A stretch of DNA of 64,000 bases from a virus. Positions within the stretch are counted from its first letter, which is position 1; each line of letters starts with the position of its first letter. This document shows positions 10,607 to 21,364 of the stretch, one piece after another. The position numbers were made by a program, and so were the translations under genes. The stretch is taken from positions 96,001-160,000 of the IMG/VR virus record IMGVR_UViG_3300021963_000029, one strand, 5' to 3'. Below the pieces are notes generated by a model. That model ran no database searches. It was given only the letters and a program-made list of their open reading frames with translations, and was not told the origin of the DNA.

Positions 10607-13600
10607 TTAACCTCCTCCTAGGGCAATGATGAGCGGAGTTACTTCAGATTGAAGACTCTTACTGAATGCTGTTCCACTGATAGTACCAGTGTTTTGATTG
10701 ATTGTAATACCTTCACTAATTCTGAAGTTACCTCCTTGGTCTGTGCTGGTGAAAGGAACTCTTCCTCCTGCAGTGGTTACAATTTGATTTTCATCAATTG
10801 GAACTGCAGCCTTAGAGGGGATTGCATTCACAATGTCTGTACCTGTTCCTATATATTCAAATGTAATACCAGAAGCAATAATCTTACTTGCTTGGAAGAA
10901 GTTGACTGTTGCTCCTGCAGATACAGGATAAGTAATAAATTGATCAAAGGTTACTGTTGTAATGCCAGTAGGATCTACTGGAGTTGCTGCAACTACATTG
11001 AAGAATAAGTTCTCCATAACTGCAGTAGCAGTTGCAGTTGTTCCTACACCAGGACCAACAACAGGAGGAGGAGCAATTGTTACAGTTGGTGGGGCTAAGT
11101 AACCAGTTCCAGAAACAAGAATAGAAATGCTTCCAATGGTGCCATCTGGATTGACATCATCTTCAAAAATAGTGATTTCTGCTGGAATTGCATCATCACC
11201 CAATTCAGGAAGTCCAATTTGAACTTCTACAGGAGCACCAACTTCATATCCAAATCCTGGGTTGTCAATTCTTAATGAGTTGACAGTAAAGTACTGAGTT
11301 CCAATAAATGATACCTGACCATCATAAGGTCTTTGACCTCTTGGAAGTTGTCTTGCGGGAAGAGATCCAGTGCCAAGTCCAATAACACTAGTTACAATAC
11401 CAGCACTTGCTGTAATGATTCCAATGACAGCAGGACTATATCCATTTTTATTGACATCTTTGTACTGTGGAATGCTATTGATTCCACTCTGATATGATTT
11501 TGGAAGATTTAGGTTTTGGATAACATAAGTAGAGATTCCTGCCAGATATTGAATTGATTTAATCTCACCAGTTGCAACATATCCAGTGGTAAATCCTGTT
11601 GGTAGAGGAGTTGAGTCTCCTAAGTATGTGACACTGTAATCTGCAGCATCTCTATATGCTAATGCTGAATCAATAGCATTAATGTTTCCTTGTTGGATAA
11701 GATCAAGGGCAAAAGTCTCAACAAGAATTTTAGTATCTCTCTTACACTTATCTCTTCCTCCTCTTACCCCACCATAATCAAATGTTGTTCCTAGAGCACC
11801 ATAAGGTCCATCTGTACTGGTAACAAATCCAACAACTTCATTTGCTAAGAAATCAGCATTTGCTCTAAGAAGATCAATTGCATCATCATATGCTTGAGTT
11901 CTACCTGCTCCAACATTAAGAACTAGAGTATCAACATTATCACCTGTTGGGGTTACTGTAACAATACCAACATATTGGAGTGGAGTGGTTCCATTTGCCC
12001 ACAGACCATAGTTACCAAAGGAAGCATTACTGTTGTTCATGTCACAAACACCACCAGTGTCATTGTAAACAGCAATGTCACAGCAAATTGTGAATAATGA
12101 AACTAACTGAGCATATCCAAAGTTGGTAATTGAAACGCCAATACCACCTTGGTTGTATTGAGTATAGGCATCAAGAACCATGGACTTAAATCCACCAGCT
12201 CTGTTACCATCAATTCTCATTCCTACACTATTTGGAACAAAGTTTGTGCAGTTCTGAACATAAGGTGACTGCCAGTTTTGCTCTGTTCCATCTGCATATC
12301 CTAATCCTCTTGTTGGGAATGAGACCATTGCATGTGGGTTAGCAGGTCCTACAAATGATTGTTGTGCAATATAACAACCTCTTCTTACATGGTATAAGTC
12401 AGTTAATGCTCTAGTTGATACTAGAGTTCTTCTTAAATCTTCTCCAACAACAGCAACTCTTTCTGGAACTTGAATAGGACCATCTTCAACATATAGACCA
12501 GCAAAGATTTTAACTGTGTCTCCTGGTTGAGCTACTGAACATGCCTTCTTAATTGTTAAGAATGCTCCACCTGGGGTATCACCAACATTACTATCATTTC
12601 CATACTTAGCAACAAACCATTCATTACCTACTTTAGCTCCTGGTGGTTGCCAAGTTAATTCTCCAATTGGATTATTAATTTTTGGACCAGCCAATGGTCC
12701 ATCCTGAATAATTGTGGTAACAATACCAACACAAGAATGAATGGCAGAGTAAACATTTGCACATGCATTTGGATTAGTGTTGCTATCACCATCAGGAAGA
12801 AGTTCAGTATCAAAGAGTTGAGCAATACTTGCAATGCCAGTAATTGTTCTAGAAGCAGGAAGAGTGTCAGATCCAATAGCATTTGTGATAATTAAGAAGA
12901 ATGTTGCAATTGCTGATGCTTGGTCTGCACAATCTCCAGCAGTATAAACACCAGCAAGACCTGACTGATCCCCAATTACAGTGTTATCAATGTACTGAGT
13001 TTCTGCACTATACCCACTAATAGTAATTGCTTCATTACGCATGGCTTGGATTGCCATGTCTCTTGCTTGGTTAAAAGCAAATATAGATTCTGTTTCTTCC
13101 CCAGCAAGATAAGCATTGTTTACATAAATTTCTGCTGCATCATAAACTCTATCATTGCCACCAAATTCTAAGTTGAAACAAATTGCATCTAATACATCTT
13201 TGATATCATCAATGCATTCTTGGTTGCCACCAGGAACTGCAAATCCAGAGAAGTTGGCAAGCATTCTACCAACTGCAACTTCAGCAATTAGAGTTTTGTT
13301 TGCTCTAATTAGTCTAGCAGCATCAGCATAAGAACCATTTAATGGAGGAGTTTGATAAGACTTTGGAAGTCTTGAGTTATTAATTACATATCTTGCAAGG
13401 GTTGAAATGCTACTGAATCCAACAAGAGTTGCTTGCTTAACATATCCAGTGCTAAATCCAGTTGGGATAACAGCAGAATCATCAAGATATTGGAGAGTTA
13501 CCCCACTGTAATATGAAAGACCTGCACCTACAGACTTAGAGTTCCCTCCTTTAGAAATATCAAATGCAATAGCATCAATGATAAGACCAATATCTCTTCT

Positions 13601-15079
13601 ACACTTAGTTCTTCCAGTTGCTACCCCAACTTTACCATAATCAAAGTATGGACCATAATATCCAAAGGGACCATCAGTACTAGTAATAAATCCTACAATT
13701 TCATTAGCAATAAATTCTTTATTCCTTACCAGCATATTTGCTGCATCAAGGAATCTACCAGGAATATTATACTTAGATGAGAGGACTGAATATGCAAAAC
13801 CTACATTATTGTCTCCATCAACAACTTCTCCTCTAATTCTAATATCACCATCTACATCTAAAGTTCTAGTTGCAGTGTCTGTTCCAATACTAACTAAAGG
13901 TTCAATTGCTTTCTTAAAATCAGTACCAAAAGTTCCATATACATTTTCTGTGGTAAATCTAGTGGCTGTTAATATAGTTCCACCAACACCAACATCCAAA
14001 TTTCCAGTTGTTGTAATTCCATTAACTAAAAGGTTATCAATTACTGAAGTTACTACTCTTTCTGAAGTTATTGTTGCTATACCAATAGTAGCAATACCAG
14101 CATAAAGTCCAGTAATTGTTGCAAATCCAATATCTGCTCTGTATGCAGTTACTATGCCAATCCAGGCATCAGTTACTGTAGCAAATCCAATAGTTGCTAT
14201 ACCAGCAGTAAGACTGCTGATAGTTGCAATACCAACAGTAGTAATCCCTAAATTTGACTCAGTAATCGTTGCATACCCAACAATAGCAGTATCAATTCCA
14301 GCAGTACCAATAGTTGCAATGCCAATTGTTGAAAATCCTACACGCTCTGCAGTAATAGTTGCGAATCCAACAGTAGCAAACCCAATAACTGATGTAGTAA
14401 TTCCAGCAAACTCAATAGTTGCTATTCCTACTCTGGCAATTCCAATATCCGAATACTGAACTGTAGAAAATCCTACTAATTCTGTTGCAATTGATGCAAC
14501 ACCTACAGTACCAACCCCAATATCTGCAGTTAAAAGATTTGCAAATTCTACAGTAGATACTCCTACTATTTCATTTGCTACTGTAGCAAAACCAACAGTA
14601 GAAATTCCTACAGTCTCAAATGCTATTTGAGCTACCCCAATAGTTGCCAACCCAGTTACAGTGGCAGTCCTCATTGAGGTAAATCCAGATATTCTAGCAT
14701 TTTGAAGAATATCTAAATTATATTCAGGTACAGTTGAACCAATACCTACAGAACCTAGACCAGTAATTACTACTGATTCTGGAGCAAATACATTAACTTT
14801 AAATTTATTATCTCCAGGATCTTCATCAATACCAATTCCTTCAGTTACATATACTTTTCCATCAACATCAAGTTCAAATGCAGGATCTGCTACATTAACA
14901 CCTAGTCTATCTCCAACTTTTAATACTGTATCTACTGCCGCATCACCTAAAATATCTAATGTATAATCTGCTGAAGTTTTACCTATTGCAACTCTTTTAG
15001 TTGTAGCATCAGCAAACAGTGCTTGTGTTCCTACACCAAGACCAGTTCTGACTACAAAATAGTTCTCTTGTGATGGCAT
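10607..15079 (-). CDS. large tail fibre with pentapeptide-like repeats and pectin-lyase-like beta-helix
   Basis: 1490 aa: GIATI/GFATV repeats, helical D-A-x-x-x-x-x-x-N-x-x-F-I-A repeats, PYVQNCTNF, ends PLIIALGGG. Confidence 0.85.
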   Translation of the reverse strand: MPSQENYFVVRTGLGVGTQALFADATTKRVAIGKTSADYTLDILGDAAVDTVLKVGDRLGVNVADPAFELDVDGKVYVTEGIGIDEDPGDNKFKVNVFAPESVVITGLGSVGIGSTVPEYNLDILQNARISGFTSMRTATVTGLATIGVAQIAFETVGISTVGFATVANEIVGVSTVEFANLLTADIGVGTVGVASIATELVGFSTVQYSDIGIARVGIATIEFAGITTSVIGFATVGFATITAERVGFSTIGIATIGTAGIDTAIVGYATITESNLGITTVGIATISSLTAGIATIGFATVTDAWIGIVTAYRADIGFATITGLYAGIATIGIATITSERVVTSVIDNLLVNGITTTGNLDVGVGGTILTATRFTTENVYGTFGTDFKKAIEPLVSIGTDTATRTLDVDGDIRIRGEVVDGDNNVGFAYSVLSSKYNIPGRFLDAANMLVRNKEFIANEIVGFITSTDGPFGYYGPYFDYGKVGVATGRTKCRRDIGLIIDAIAFDISKGGNSKSVGAGLSYYSGVTLQYLDDSAVIPTGFSTGYVKQATLVGFSSISTLARYVINNSRLPKSYQTPPLNGSYADAARLIRANKTLIAEVAVGRMLANFSGFAVPGGNQECIDDIKDVLDAICFNLEFGGNDRVYDAAEIYVNNAYLAGEETESIFAFNQARDMAIQAMRNEAITISGYSAETQYIDNTVIGDQSGLAGVYTAGDCADQASAIATFFLIITNAIGSDTLPASRTITGIASIAQLFDTELLPDGDSNTNPNACANVYSAIHSCVGIVTTIIQDGPLAGPKINNPIGELTWQPPGAKVGNEWFVAKYGNDSNVGDTPGGAFLTIKKACSVAQPGDTVKIFAGLYVEDGPIQVPERVAVVGEDLRRTLVSTRALTDLYHVRRGCYIAQQSFVGPANPHAMVSFPTRGLGYADGTEQNWQSPYVQNCTNFVPNSVGMRIDGNRAGGFKSMVLDAYTQYNQGGIGVSITNFGYAQLVSLFTICCDIAVYNDTGGVCDMNNSNASFGNYGLWANGTTPLQYVGIVTVTPTGDNVDTLVLNVGAGRTQAYDDAIDLLRANADFLANEVVGFVTSTDGPYGALGTTFDYGGVRGGRDKCKRDTKILVETFALDLIQQGNINAIDSALAYRDAADYSVTYLGDSTPLPTGFTTGYVATGEIKSIQYLAGISTYVIQNLNLPKSYQSGINSIPQYKDVNKNGYSPAVIGIITASAGIVTSVIGLGTGSLPARQLPRGQRPYDGQVSFIGTQYFTVNSLRIDNPGFGYEVGAPVEVQIGLPELGDDAIPAEITIFEDDVNPDGTIGSISILVSGTGYLAPPTVTIAPPPVVGPGVGTTATATAVMENLFFNVVAATPVDPTGITTVTFDQFITYPVSAGATVNFFQASKIIASGITFEYIGTGTDIVNAIPSKAAVPIDENQIVTTAGGRVPFTSTDQGGNFRISEGITINQNTGTISGTAFSKSLQSEVTPLIIALGGG

Positions 15080-15119
15080 TGGGTTCCACTATCCCCCTTT
15101 TGATTTATTTATAAAAAAA

Positions 15120-18100
15120 TCAAGAAGTCCTTTGAATAAAGGCTAATGCATAGTATGGAGGTAGATTTTGATCAGTTCCAGATGAACCTGTAGAATTTAC
15201 AGTTGGACTTGTATATGTTGGACTTCCACTTGATGAACTGAATGAAGCCCCAGTGAGAGCATTTGCACCACCAGATGATCTTCCAGCTTCAGATGTGTTA
15301 ACACTACCACTAGTTAAGAAAGTTCCAGTGACACTTCCACCAGATAAAGTATGCGTATGAGTGACAACTATTGCATCCTTAGTTCCACCTGATTTGGTAT
15401 TTACTCCTGTAATTGTGGTTCTACTATCTCCAGCAGAATCTTGGAATGCTCCAATGATAAATTTGTTTCTTAAATCTGGAGTTCCATTGGAACCATTACA
15501 CAAAGACCAACCAGTAGGAATTGTGGCAATAGAACCAGACCACATAATAATTCCACCAAGAGGAATTGAACCATATCCATTAATTGTGGATGGAGCACTA
15601 ACTGTCAAGTTGCCAGTGATATTAGTGCTGCCAGTTACTCCTAGATTATCAGTAATATTAACAGTTCCACCAGAAGAATTTAAATATAAGTTATTAGCAA
15701 CAGTGTCAATTGTTGTTGCTGAGGTTAAACCAACAGTTACATTGTCAATTCTAGCATCATTGCCTACAATTAAATCATCACCAATTCCAACACCACCAAC
15801 GACAACTACTGCTGCTAAACTAGTAGTAGTGGCAGGTTGATTATTTTCAAATGTAGTGATGCCTACAACATTAGCATCACCTTCCACTGTAAATCCCTGA
15901 ACAGTTACATTTGCTGTAGATGCATCTATGATATCATTTACAGTTAAATTGTTAACCTCTAAGGAATCTACTGTAGCTTCTTCACCTTCATTTTCAATTG
16001 GTGCACCAAAATCTGTTTGATTTCCTGTTACAGCATCAAATTTAGTTTTGCCTATAAAGAATTCTCCATTGCTGTTCATTCCTGTATAAACAACAACACC
16101 ACCTTTACTGGTGAGAGATTGAGATGTAGAAATTTCAGAATCAGTAAGAATTCTATCTTGGTTTGAAGGCATACCAGTAGAATAATTTCCTGGTCCAAAT
16201 CCAACATATTCAAATGTATGACCAGATGCTCTAATAATAGAATTTCTTCTTAGTTCAATTGGGAGAGCAGAAACTTTTTTAATTGAGGAACCTGAAGAAT
16301 GAGTTTCTATCTTAGTTGAGAAAATTCCTCTCTTAACATAAATTTCACCACCAGAAACTTTAGTGACAAGCATCATTTCATTGTCTATTTGGATTATATC
16401 ACCCTTTTGTAATCCATAAAGACTTGAGATCAAGAAATTAATAGTAGATGTAGTTATTGCTTGTTGAACACTTGCTTTATAACCACCATAAAGAGCAAAA
16501 CATCTTGTAGATAGGTTTTCATTTTCAGAATTAGTATCTTTTGCAATAGCAGAGAATCCATAAGAGTAAACTCTGTTTGCTGCACCAGCATTTCCCTTTA
16601 CTGTAAATGAAGTTATTCCAAGGACATTGTTCACTGTACAAATTCCAATAGAACCAGATCCAATCTGATCATCAAAAATTACTTTATTGCCAACTGCAAA
16701 TGAATGTGGTTGTTGAGTAATTATAGTTGTATTTCCTGAAATATTATTATAAACTGCCCCATCTGGAACAGTTTGAAGTTGATATGCAGGTCCTCCCCAA
16801 GTAATTACCCCTTGTTCTGGAGTTTCTGGTACACAACTATTATTATATACTGTTACAGTGTTTTTTGTTAGGCTCTTAATAATAAAAGTTCCATTATTAC
16901 CTTCATTTGCACACCCTAAGATTTGAATGGTATCAGAATCAGAAGAACTTGTATTAATTGATGCTACAACAACAGTTGCAGTATTTGAAGATCCTGGAAT
17001 TCCTCTAACTGTTAATGTGTCTCCTACAGTATACCCAGATCCAAAATTAGAAACCTCTACAGCAGTTACTGCATTTCCAGAAACAGTTACTGAGCAAGTT
17101 GCATCTGCTCCAGTTCCTCCACAAAGAGGAATGTCATAGTAAGTTCCATTTAAGAAGGCACTTCCACCACTACTAATAGTTAATCTAGTAATCCCTCCAA
17201 ATCCATGATCTCTTGATGTTGTGATTGTACAAATTCCAACACCAATTACATTATCTTGATATGTAGTTATTCCTGTAATTGATTTTGCTAGATTAAAATC
17301 TTTTAAGAAATATGCAACTGATTCTTTAGTAGTGCTCTTTTTAGTATCATTTAAATCAACTCTTCCAATTTCTTGTCTAGATGCTTTTGATATTGTTGCA
17401 TCTGGATCTGCAATAGGATTATCAAAATCTAAAGATGGATAAAGTCGTTCTATATTTTGAGATAATCTATAGTCACTGGTATTGAATGGTGATACTGATG
17501 GAGTATTTTTGAATGCATTTAAAGTAATATGATAAACACCATCTGAAATACCTTCTTGATATTGTGAAATAGTATCTACGCTATAAACTTGATAATCATT
17601 AGATACATTTACGTGGGTAAAGTAAGGAAGGTTATTTCTGTTTGCATCATAGATTGTGTATGGGGGAACTCTGTAGTTAGAAGTTTGTGCACAGTCTCTA
17701 ACTGTTAACCAAGATGTTGCAGTTGAAACACCAACATTAATTGTACCAGGATCTCTGGTTATGGTATATGTAAATCTCAATTCATTAACAACAGATGCTA
17801 CCGCAAATTCTCCATTGTATCCAGTTCCAGTTCCTAATCCAACTGGATTTGGCTCTGCAGAACTCTTTAAATTATAAATCTTAATTGGATCTCCAACTTG
17901 AAGACCATGAGGTTTGCTAGTTACAATAGTAACAGTACCGGAACTATACCAAGCATCTATGATTGCACCTTTATTTCTAATAGAACTAAGTTGATTTCCT
18001 GATCCAGAAATTAAGTCAGTGCTTTGTGCTTGGAATAAAACAGTATCTAGAATATTAGATGGTTTTTGGATAACAAATCCTGAAGAAATATCAGATGCTT

Positions 18101-20444
18101 GTGATGCTTCTTTTGGTACAACTACTCTGAGTCTGTAAGTTTTATCTTTGGGAGCTCTACTGTCTAATTTTCTCTTGACATAGCAACTTGGAGCAGACAC
18201 ATTTGCCAGTTGAGCAAAGAAAGTTGATGCCCCAGAACTAGTAGAATTGACTCCAATATACCAGTTTTGATTGGTTGAATCCCACTGGATTGGATGTCCT
18301 ATGTCACCAACATTTTTATCAGATACTTTACTTACAAACTTTAAGTTAGATACTCCTACTCCAACTTGGTTTTTTATATCTACAACATTACTATCAGTTA
18401 AAGAATTTGCTAGGTTTTCATATAATTTTATCCCAGTTCCTCCAGTCAATCTAATATTATATAATTTGTCAAACTCAATTCCATCAGGAAGAACCCCAGT
18501 TTTTGATACTATCTTTCCAGTTATTCCTGTTGAAATTCCTGATATATTACCTCCAGTAGAACCCAATCCAACTAAGGTGACAATATTGGTAACAGTATCT
18601 ATTGATGCTACATCATATTCCACCCCATATGGATCTTTAATGTCTATATTGTATTCAATATTTGCAGCTTTAAAATATAAAACATCACTTCTAGCTGCAC
18701 CAACTACAAATCCTCTAGTGTCATTTCTTGGAGGATTTAGAAGATCATTAAACCCACTGAGATAAAGTTTTGTGTTTTGATTGGAAGGAGCTAAAGTTAG
18801 AGTTTTTACTGCATCAATTTTTTCATACCTAATAATATTATCTTTGTCTAAAAATTCTTTTGGTTGAATAATATGGGTTACATAGGCATGATTGTCTTTG
18901 GCAAGAACATCTTTCTTAAACCCACTTGAGAATAATGCAATTTGGCCAAAGTTAGAGTTGGAGTTTGTAATAGATTGGTCTCCACCATTTGTAGTTACAA
19001 ACTGTTTTGCGTATCCAATACCAAAGATAGAAACACATTGAATAAATGCATCATTTGATGCCTTAATGTGGAAAGTTTCCCAAGATGGTCTGTATCTTGC
19101 CCTAGATGATTGGTGTAAAAACTTATCTACACCAAAATTAGTTTGAAATTTATATGATCCTGAAACTTCATCATATTCCGTAAATGCTCTATCATCTTTT
19201 TGTAGAGAAATCCCAGTAAACTGGGCAGTAACCATAGACTTAAATCCTTTTGCCTTAGATCCATCGGCATGAAGACCATTCATACCATAGACAGATTTTA
19301 AGCTGCAGTTAAAGATATATGGAGATGCTGATGCTACAGTATCAGAGATAACTTTAACAACTGCTCCAGTAACACTAGGATTCAGAGTTTGACTTGGAAC
19401 TGATGGAAGTAAATATGTAAACTCTGTTGCACTAGTTACTTGTGCAACAATAAAGTTTCCATTGTATTCTAGTTCAGATACTGGACCTTCTGATTGAGCT
19501 AGTCCAGATACTAAAATAGGAGTAAATGGAGATAAATTGTGAGGAGATGCAGTTTGAACAGTAATAACTGCAGTACCATTGATTCCATCTCCAGAAACTG
19601 CAGATGTAATAATAATAGAACCAGATCCTAGTTCTCCTACAATTCTATTTTCATCTACGTTTGGTTGGAAATTAAGATAACCATCTATGACATTTCTTCC
19701 AGACTGAGCACCAAATCCAAGACTTAATTTATAGTAGTAGTTATCTAGGTCTGTATGAGTAGTATCTACATTACCATAGAAAATGTTATTAGTATCATCT
19801 ACATACTCAAATGCAGTGAGTTTATGGTGAGAATAACTTGGAACTACTGTATTTGAACTATAATTGCTATATGCTTTACCTAATGGATCTGCATCAAAAA
19901 CAGTAAATCCATAGATATAGCAAGCACCAGTTAATTTAAAAATAGCACAAGGATCAATATTATCATCTATCGGATCTGGAACAAATCTTGGTCTAATTTT
20001 GGTTTTTCTAAGATCAGTAGCAACAATAGATGTGCCTTTAGGTACTATGACCCCACCATCAGCACTGTTGTAAATATACAATACGTTTGAGGGATCAGTT
20101 AAATCAAAATTAGTGGAAATGTTAAATTCAGTAATAGTTCTAATAGCACCATTAACATCTCTCAGTACATTAGAACTATCTACAAAAAATCCTGGTCTGT
20201 TATCAATAAAGTGAGTGCCAGGAGAAATTAAAATGGTTGTTTGATCAAATAGGTCATTATTAGTTCCAGGAACATACGCAAATCTAGCTGCTTCAAGTAA
20301 TGCCCTTTGGATAGTTTTAAAAGGTCTTAGTCTTGAATTTCCTCTATTTTCAATTGAGTCTGATGCATCTAATTCATTAGGATCAACATATAATGTATTA
20401 CCATTCAAATTTTTCAAAAAGTTCTCTAGTCTCGCTAAAGGCAT
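15120..20444 (-). CDS. large virion structural/fibre protein with C-terminal phage tail-collar domain
   Basis: 1774 aa. Begins MPLARLENFLKN; C-terminal IPLGGIIMWSG...GWSLCNG..GTPDLRNKF is a tail-collar motif. Confidence 0.85.
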   Translation of the reverse strand: MPLARLENFLKNLNGNTLYVDPNELDASDSIENRGNSRLRPFKTIQRALLEAARFAYVPGTNNDLFDQTTILISPGTHFIDNRPGFFVDSSNVLRDVNGAIRTITEFNISTNFDLTDPSNVLYIYNSADGGVIVPKGTSIVATDLRKTKIRPRFVPDPIDDNIDPCAIFKLTGACYIYGFTVFDADPLGKAYSNYSSNTVVPSYSHHKLTAFEYVDDTNNIFYGNVDTTHTDLDNYYYKLSLGFGAQSGRNVIDGYLNFQPNVDENRIVGELGSGSIIITSAVSGDGINGTAVITVQTASPHNLSPFTPILVSGLAQSEGPVSELEYNGNFIVAQVTSATEFTYLLPSVPSQTLNPSVTGAVVKVISDTVASASPYIFNCSLKSVYGMNGLHADGSKAKGFKSMVTAQFTGISLQKDDRAFTEYDEVSGSYKFQTNFGVDKFLHQSSRARYRPSWETFHIKASNDAFIQCVSIFGIGYAKQFVTTNGGDQSITNSNSNFGQIALFSSGFKKDVLAKDNHAYVTHIIQPKEFLDKDNIIRYEKIDAVKTLTLAPSNQNTKLYLSGFNDLLNPPRNDTRGFVVGAARSDVLYFKAANIEYNIDIKDPYGVEYDVASIDTVTNIVTLVGLGSTGGNISGISTGITGKIVSKTGVLPDGIEFDKLYNIRLTGGTGIKLYENLANSLTDSNVVDIKNQVGVGVSNLKFVSKVSDKNVGDIGHPIQWDSTNQNWYIGVNSTSSGASTFFAQLANVSAPSCYVKRKLDSRAPKDKTYRLRVVVPKEASQASDISSGFVIQKPSNILDTVLFQAQSTDLISGSGNQLSSIRNKGAIIDAWYSSGTVTIVTSKPHGLQVGDPIKIYNLKSSAEPNPVGLGTGTGYNGEFAVASVVNELRFTYTITRDPGTINVGVSTATSWLTVRDCAQTSNYRVPPYTIYDANRNNLPYFTHVNVSNDYQVYSVDTISQYQEGISDGVYHITLNAFKNTPSVSPFNTSDYRLSQNIERLYPSLDFDNPIADPDATISKASRQEIGRVDLNDTKKSTTKESVAYFLKDFNLAKSITGITTYQDNVIGVGICTITTSRDHGFGGITRLTISSGGSAFLNGTYYDIPLCGGTGADATCSVTVSGNAVTAVEVSNFGSGYTVGDTLTVRGIPGSSNTATVVVASINTSSSDSDTIQILGCANEGNNGTFIIKSLTKNTVTVYNNSCVPETPEQGVITWGGPAYQLQTVPDGAVYNNISGNTTIITQQPHSFAVGNKVIFDDQIGSGSIGICTVNNVLGITSFTVKGNAGAANRVYSYGFSAIAKDTNSENENLSTRCFALYGGYKASVQQAITTSTINFLISSLYGLQKGDIIQIDNEMMLVTKVSGGEIYVKRGIFSTKIETHSSGSSIKKVSALPIELRRNSIIRASGHTFEYVGFGPGNYSTGMPSNQDRILTDSEISTSQSLTSKGGVVVYTGMNSNGEFFIGKTKFDAVTGNQTDFGAPIENEGEEATVDSLEVNNLTVNDIIDASTANVTVQGFTVEGDANVVGITTFENNQPATTTSLAAVVVVGGVGIGDDLIVGNDARIDNVTVGLTSATTIDTVANNLYLNSSGGTVNITDNLGVTGSTNITGNLTVSAPSTINGYGSIPLGGIIMWSGSIATIPTGWSLCNGSNGTPDLRNKFIIGAFQDSAGDSRTTITGVNTKSGGTKDAIVVTHTHTLSGGSVTGTFLTSGSVNTSEAGRSSGGANALTGASFSSSSGSPTYTSPTVNSTGSSGTDQNLPPYYALAFIQRTS

Positions 20445-20475
20445 TAGAGTATCCTTGCTATATTTTCTTCTGTCT

Positions 20476-20481
20476 TATTTA
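20476..20481 (-). promoter_or_regulatory. late promoter TAAATA heading the fibre gene cluster
   Basis: 32 nt upstream of the 1774-aa gene start. Confidence 0.7.
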
Positions 20482-20514
20482 TCAATAAATACCATTACCA
20501 ATCTTTTGTAATTT

Positions 20515-21294
20515 ATGGCAATTAGCACTAGCACTGAGGCTTTGATATCTTTATACCAACAAAAAGTAGAGTCAGATACTGAACAAATTACGCAGGTAAC
20601 TTATACAGAAAATGGGTTTACTACTCAGTTAGCTAATGGAGATCAATTTAAACTATATGGAATTCAAGAAACTTTAGATTATTTTGATGCTCCCATAGAA
20701 AAATTAGATACAAGAATAATTGAATTAAACTCCCAAATTGTTGGTCTTCAAAATACAATAATCAATGTAGGGCAATCTGCAAATACTTGTGGATGTGGAG
20801 GTGCCATTGGATTTGGTAGCACAGGAGTTCCATTTTTTATAGGAGTTAATACAACCACTGTATATGCAGATACTTTAACTTATAGGGGTTATTCATATAC
20901 TTCACCAAATCCATTTTCTGCCATTAATGGAACTCTCTCCTCTGGAAATGTTGGAGTTGGTACTGAAGATTTAACAGGTCAATCTTCACTTGGTGTCTAT
21001 TATGGTGATGTTGGTGTTGCTAGAACAACTCTGCCAGTAGCATCTTGTCCAACAGTTACAAGTTGTTCTGGATATGCAACATCAATCACAAATCTTACAA
21101 CTCAGGTAACTTCTCTCCAAACTCAAAGAAATGACTTAATTGTTAAAGTCAATTATTTGAAGAAAGAAAGGTCTAGATTCCAAATTAGAAAATATGGGTT
21201 TGATAGGCAAAAAGAGGAATTGAATGCAGAGATTGCAACAAGCAATGCTATTCTAAGTTTCTTCCAAGACCCAGCAAATGAAGAATGGTTATAA
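20515..21294 (+). CDS. hypothetical protein (two coiled-coil segments around a G/S/T/C-rich core)
   Basis: 259-aa ORF filling the gap between the fibre gene and the tRNA; codon usage matches neighbours. Confidence 0.7.
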   Translation: MAISTSTEALISLYQQKVESDTEQITQVTYTENGFTTQLANGDQFKLYGIQETLDYFDAPIEKLDTRIIELNSQIVGLQNTIINVGQSANTCGCGGAIGFGSTGVPFFIGVNTTTVYADTLTYRGYSYTSPNPFSAINGTLSSGNVGVGTEDLTGQSSLGVYYGDVGVARTTLPVASCPTVTSCSGYATSITNLTTQVTSLQTQRNDLIVKVNYLKKERSRFQIRKYGFDRQKEELNAEIATSNAILSFFQDPANEEWL

Positions 21295-21364
21295 AAACCC
21301 TACAGGCAATTTTTTGCCAGAATTTTTTTCGCCCCTTTTTTGGAATTAAAGGTCAATTTTGAAA

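Noticed and set aside
13809-18765. Plus-strand ORFs of 70-164 aa inside large fibre genes
   Set aside because: Antisense shadows typical of G/T/V-rich genes.
1-20444. Diversity-generating retroelement acting on fibre tips
   Set aside because: No reverse transcriptase and no template/variable repeat pair differing at adenines seen in this window.
21295-21362. T-tracts as a phased DNA bend or origin
   Set aside because: Tract spacing is about 13, 13 and 20 nt rather than ~10.5; more simply a convergent termination region.
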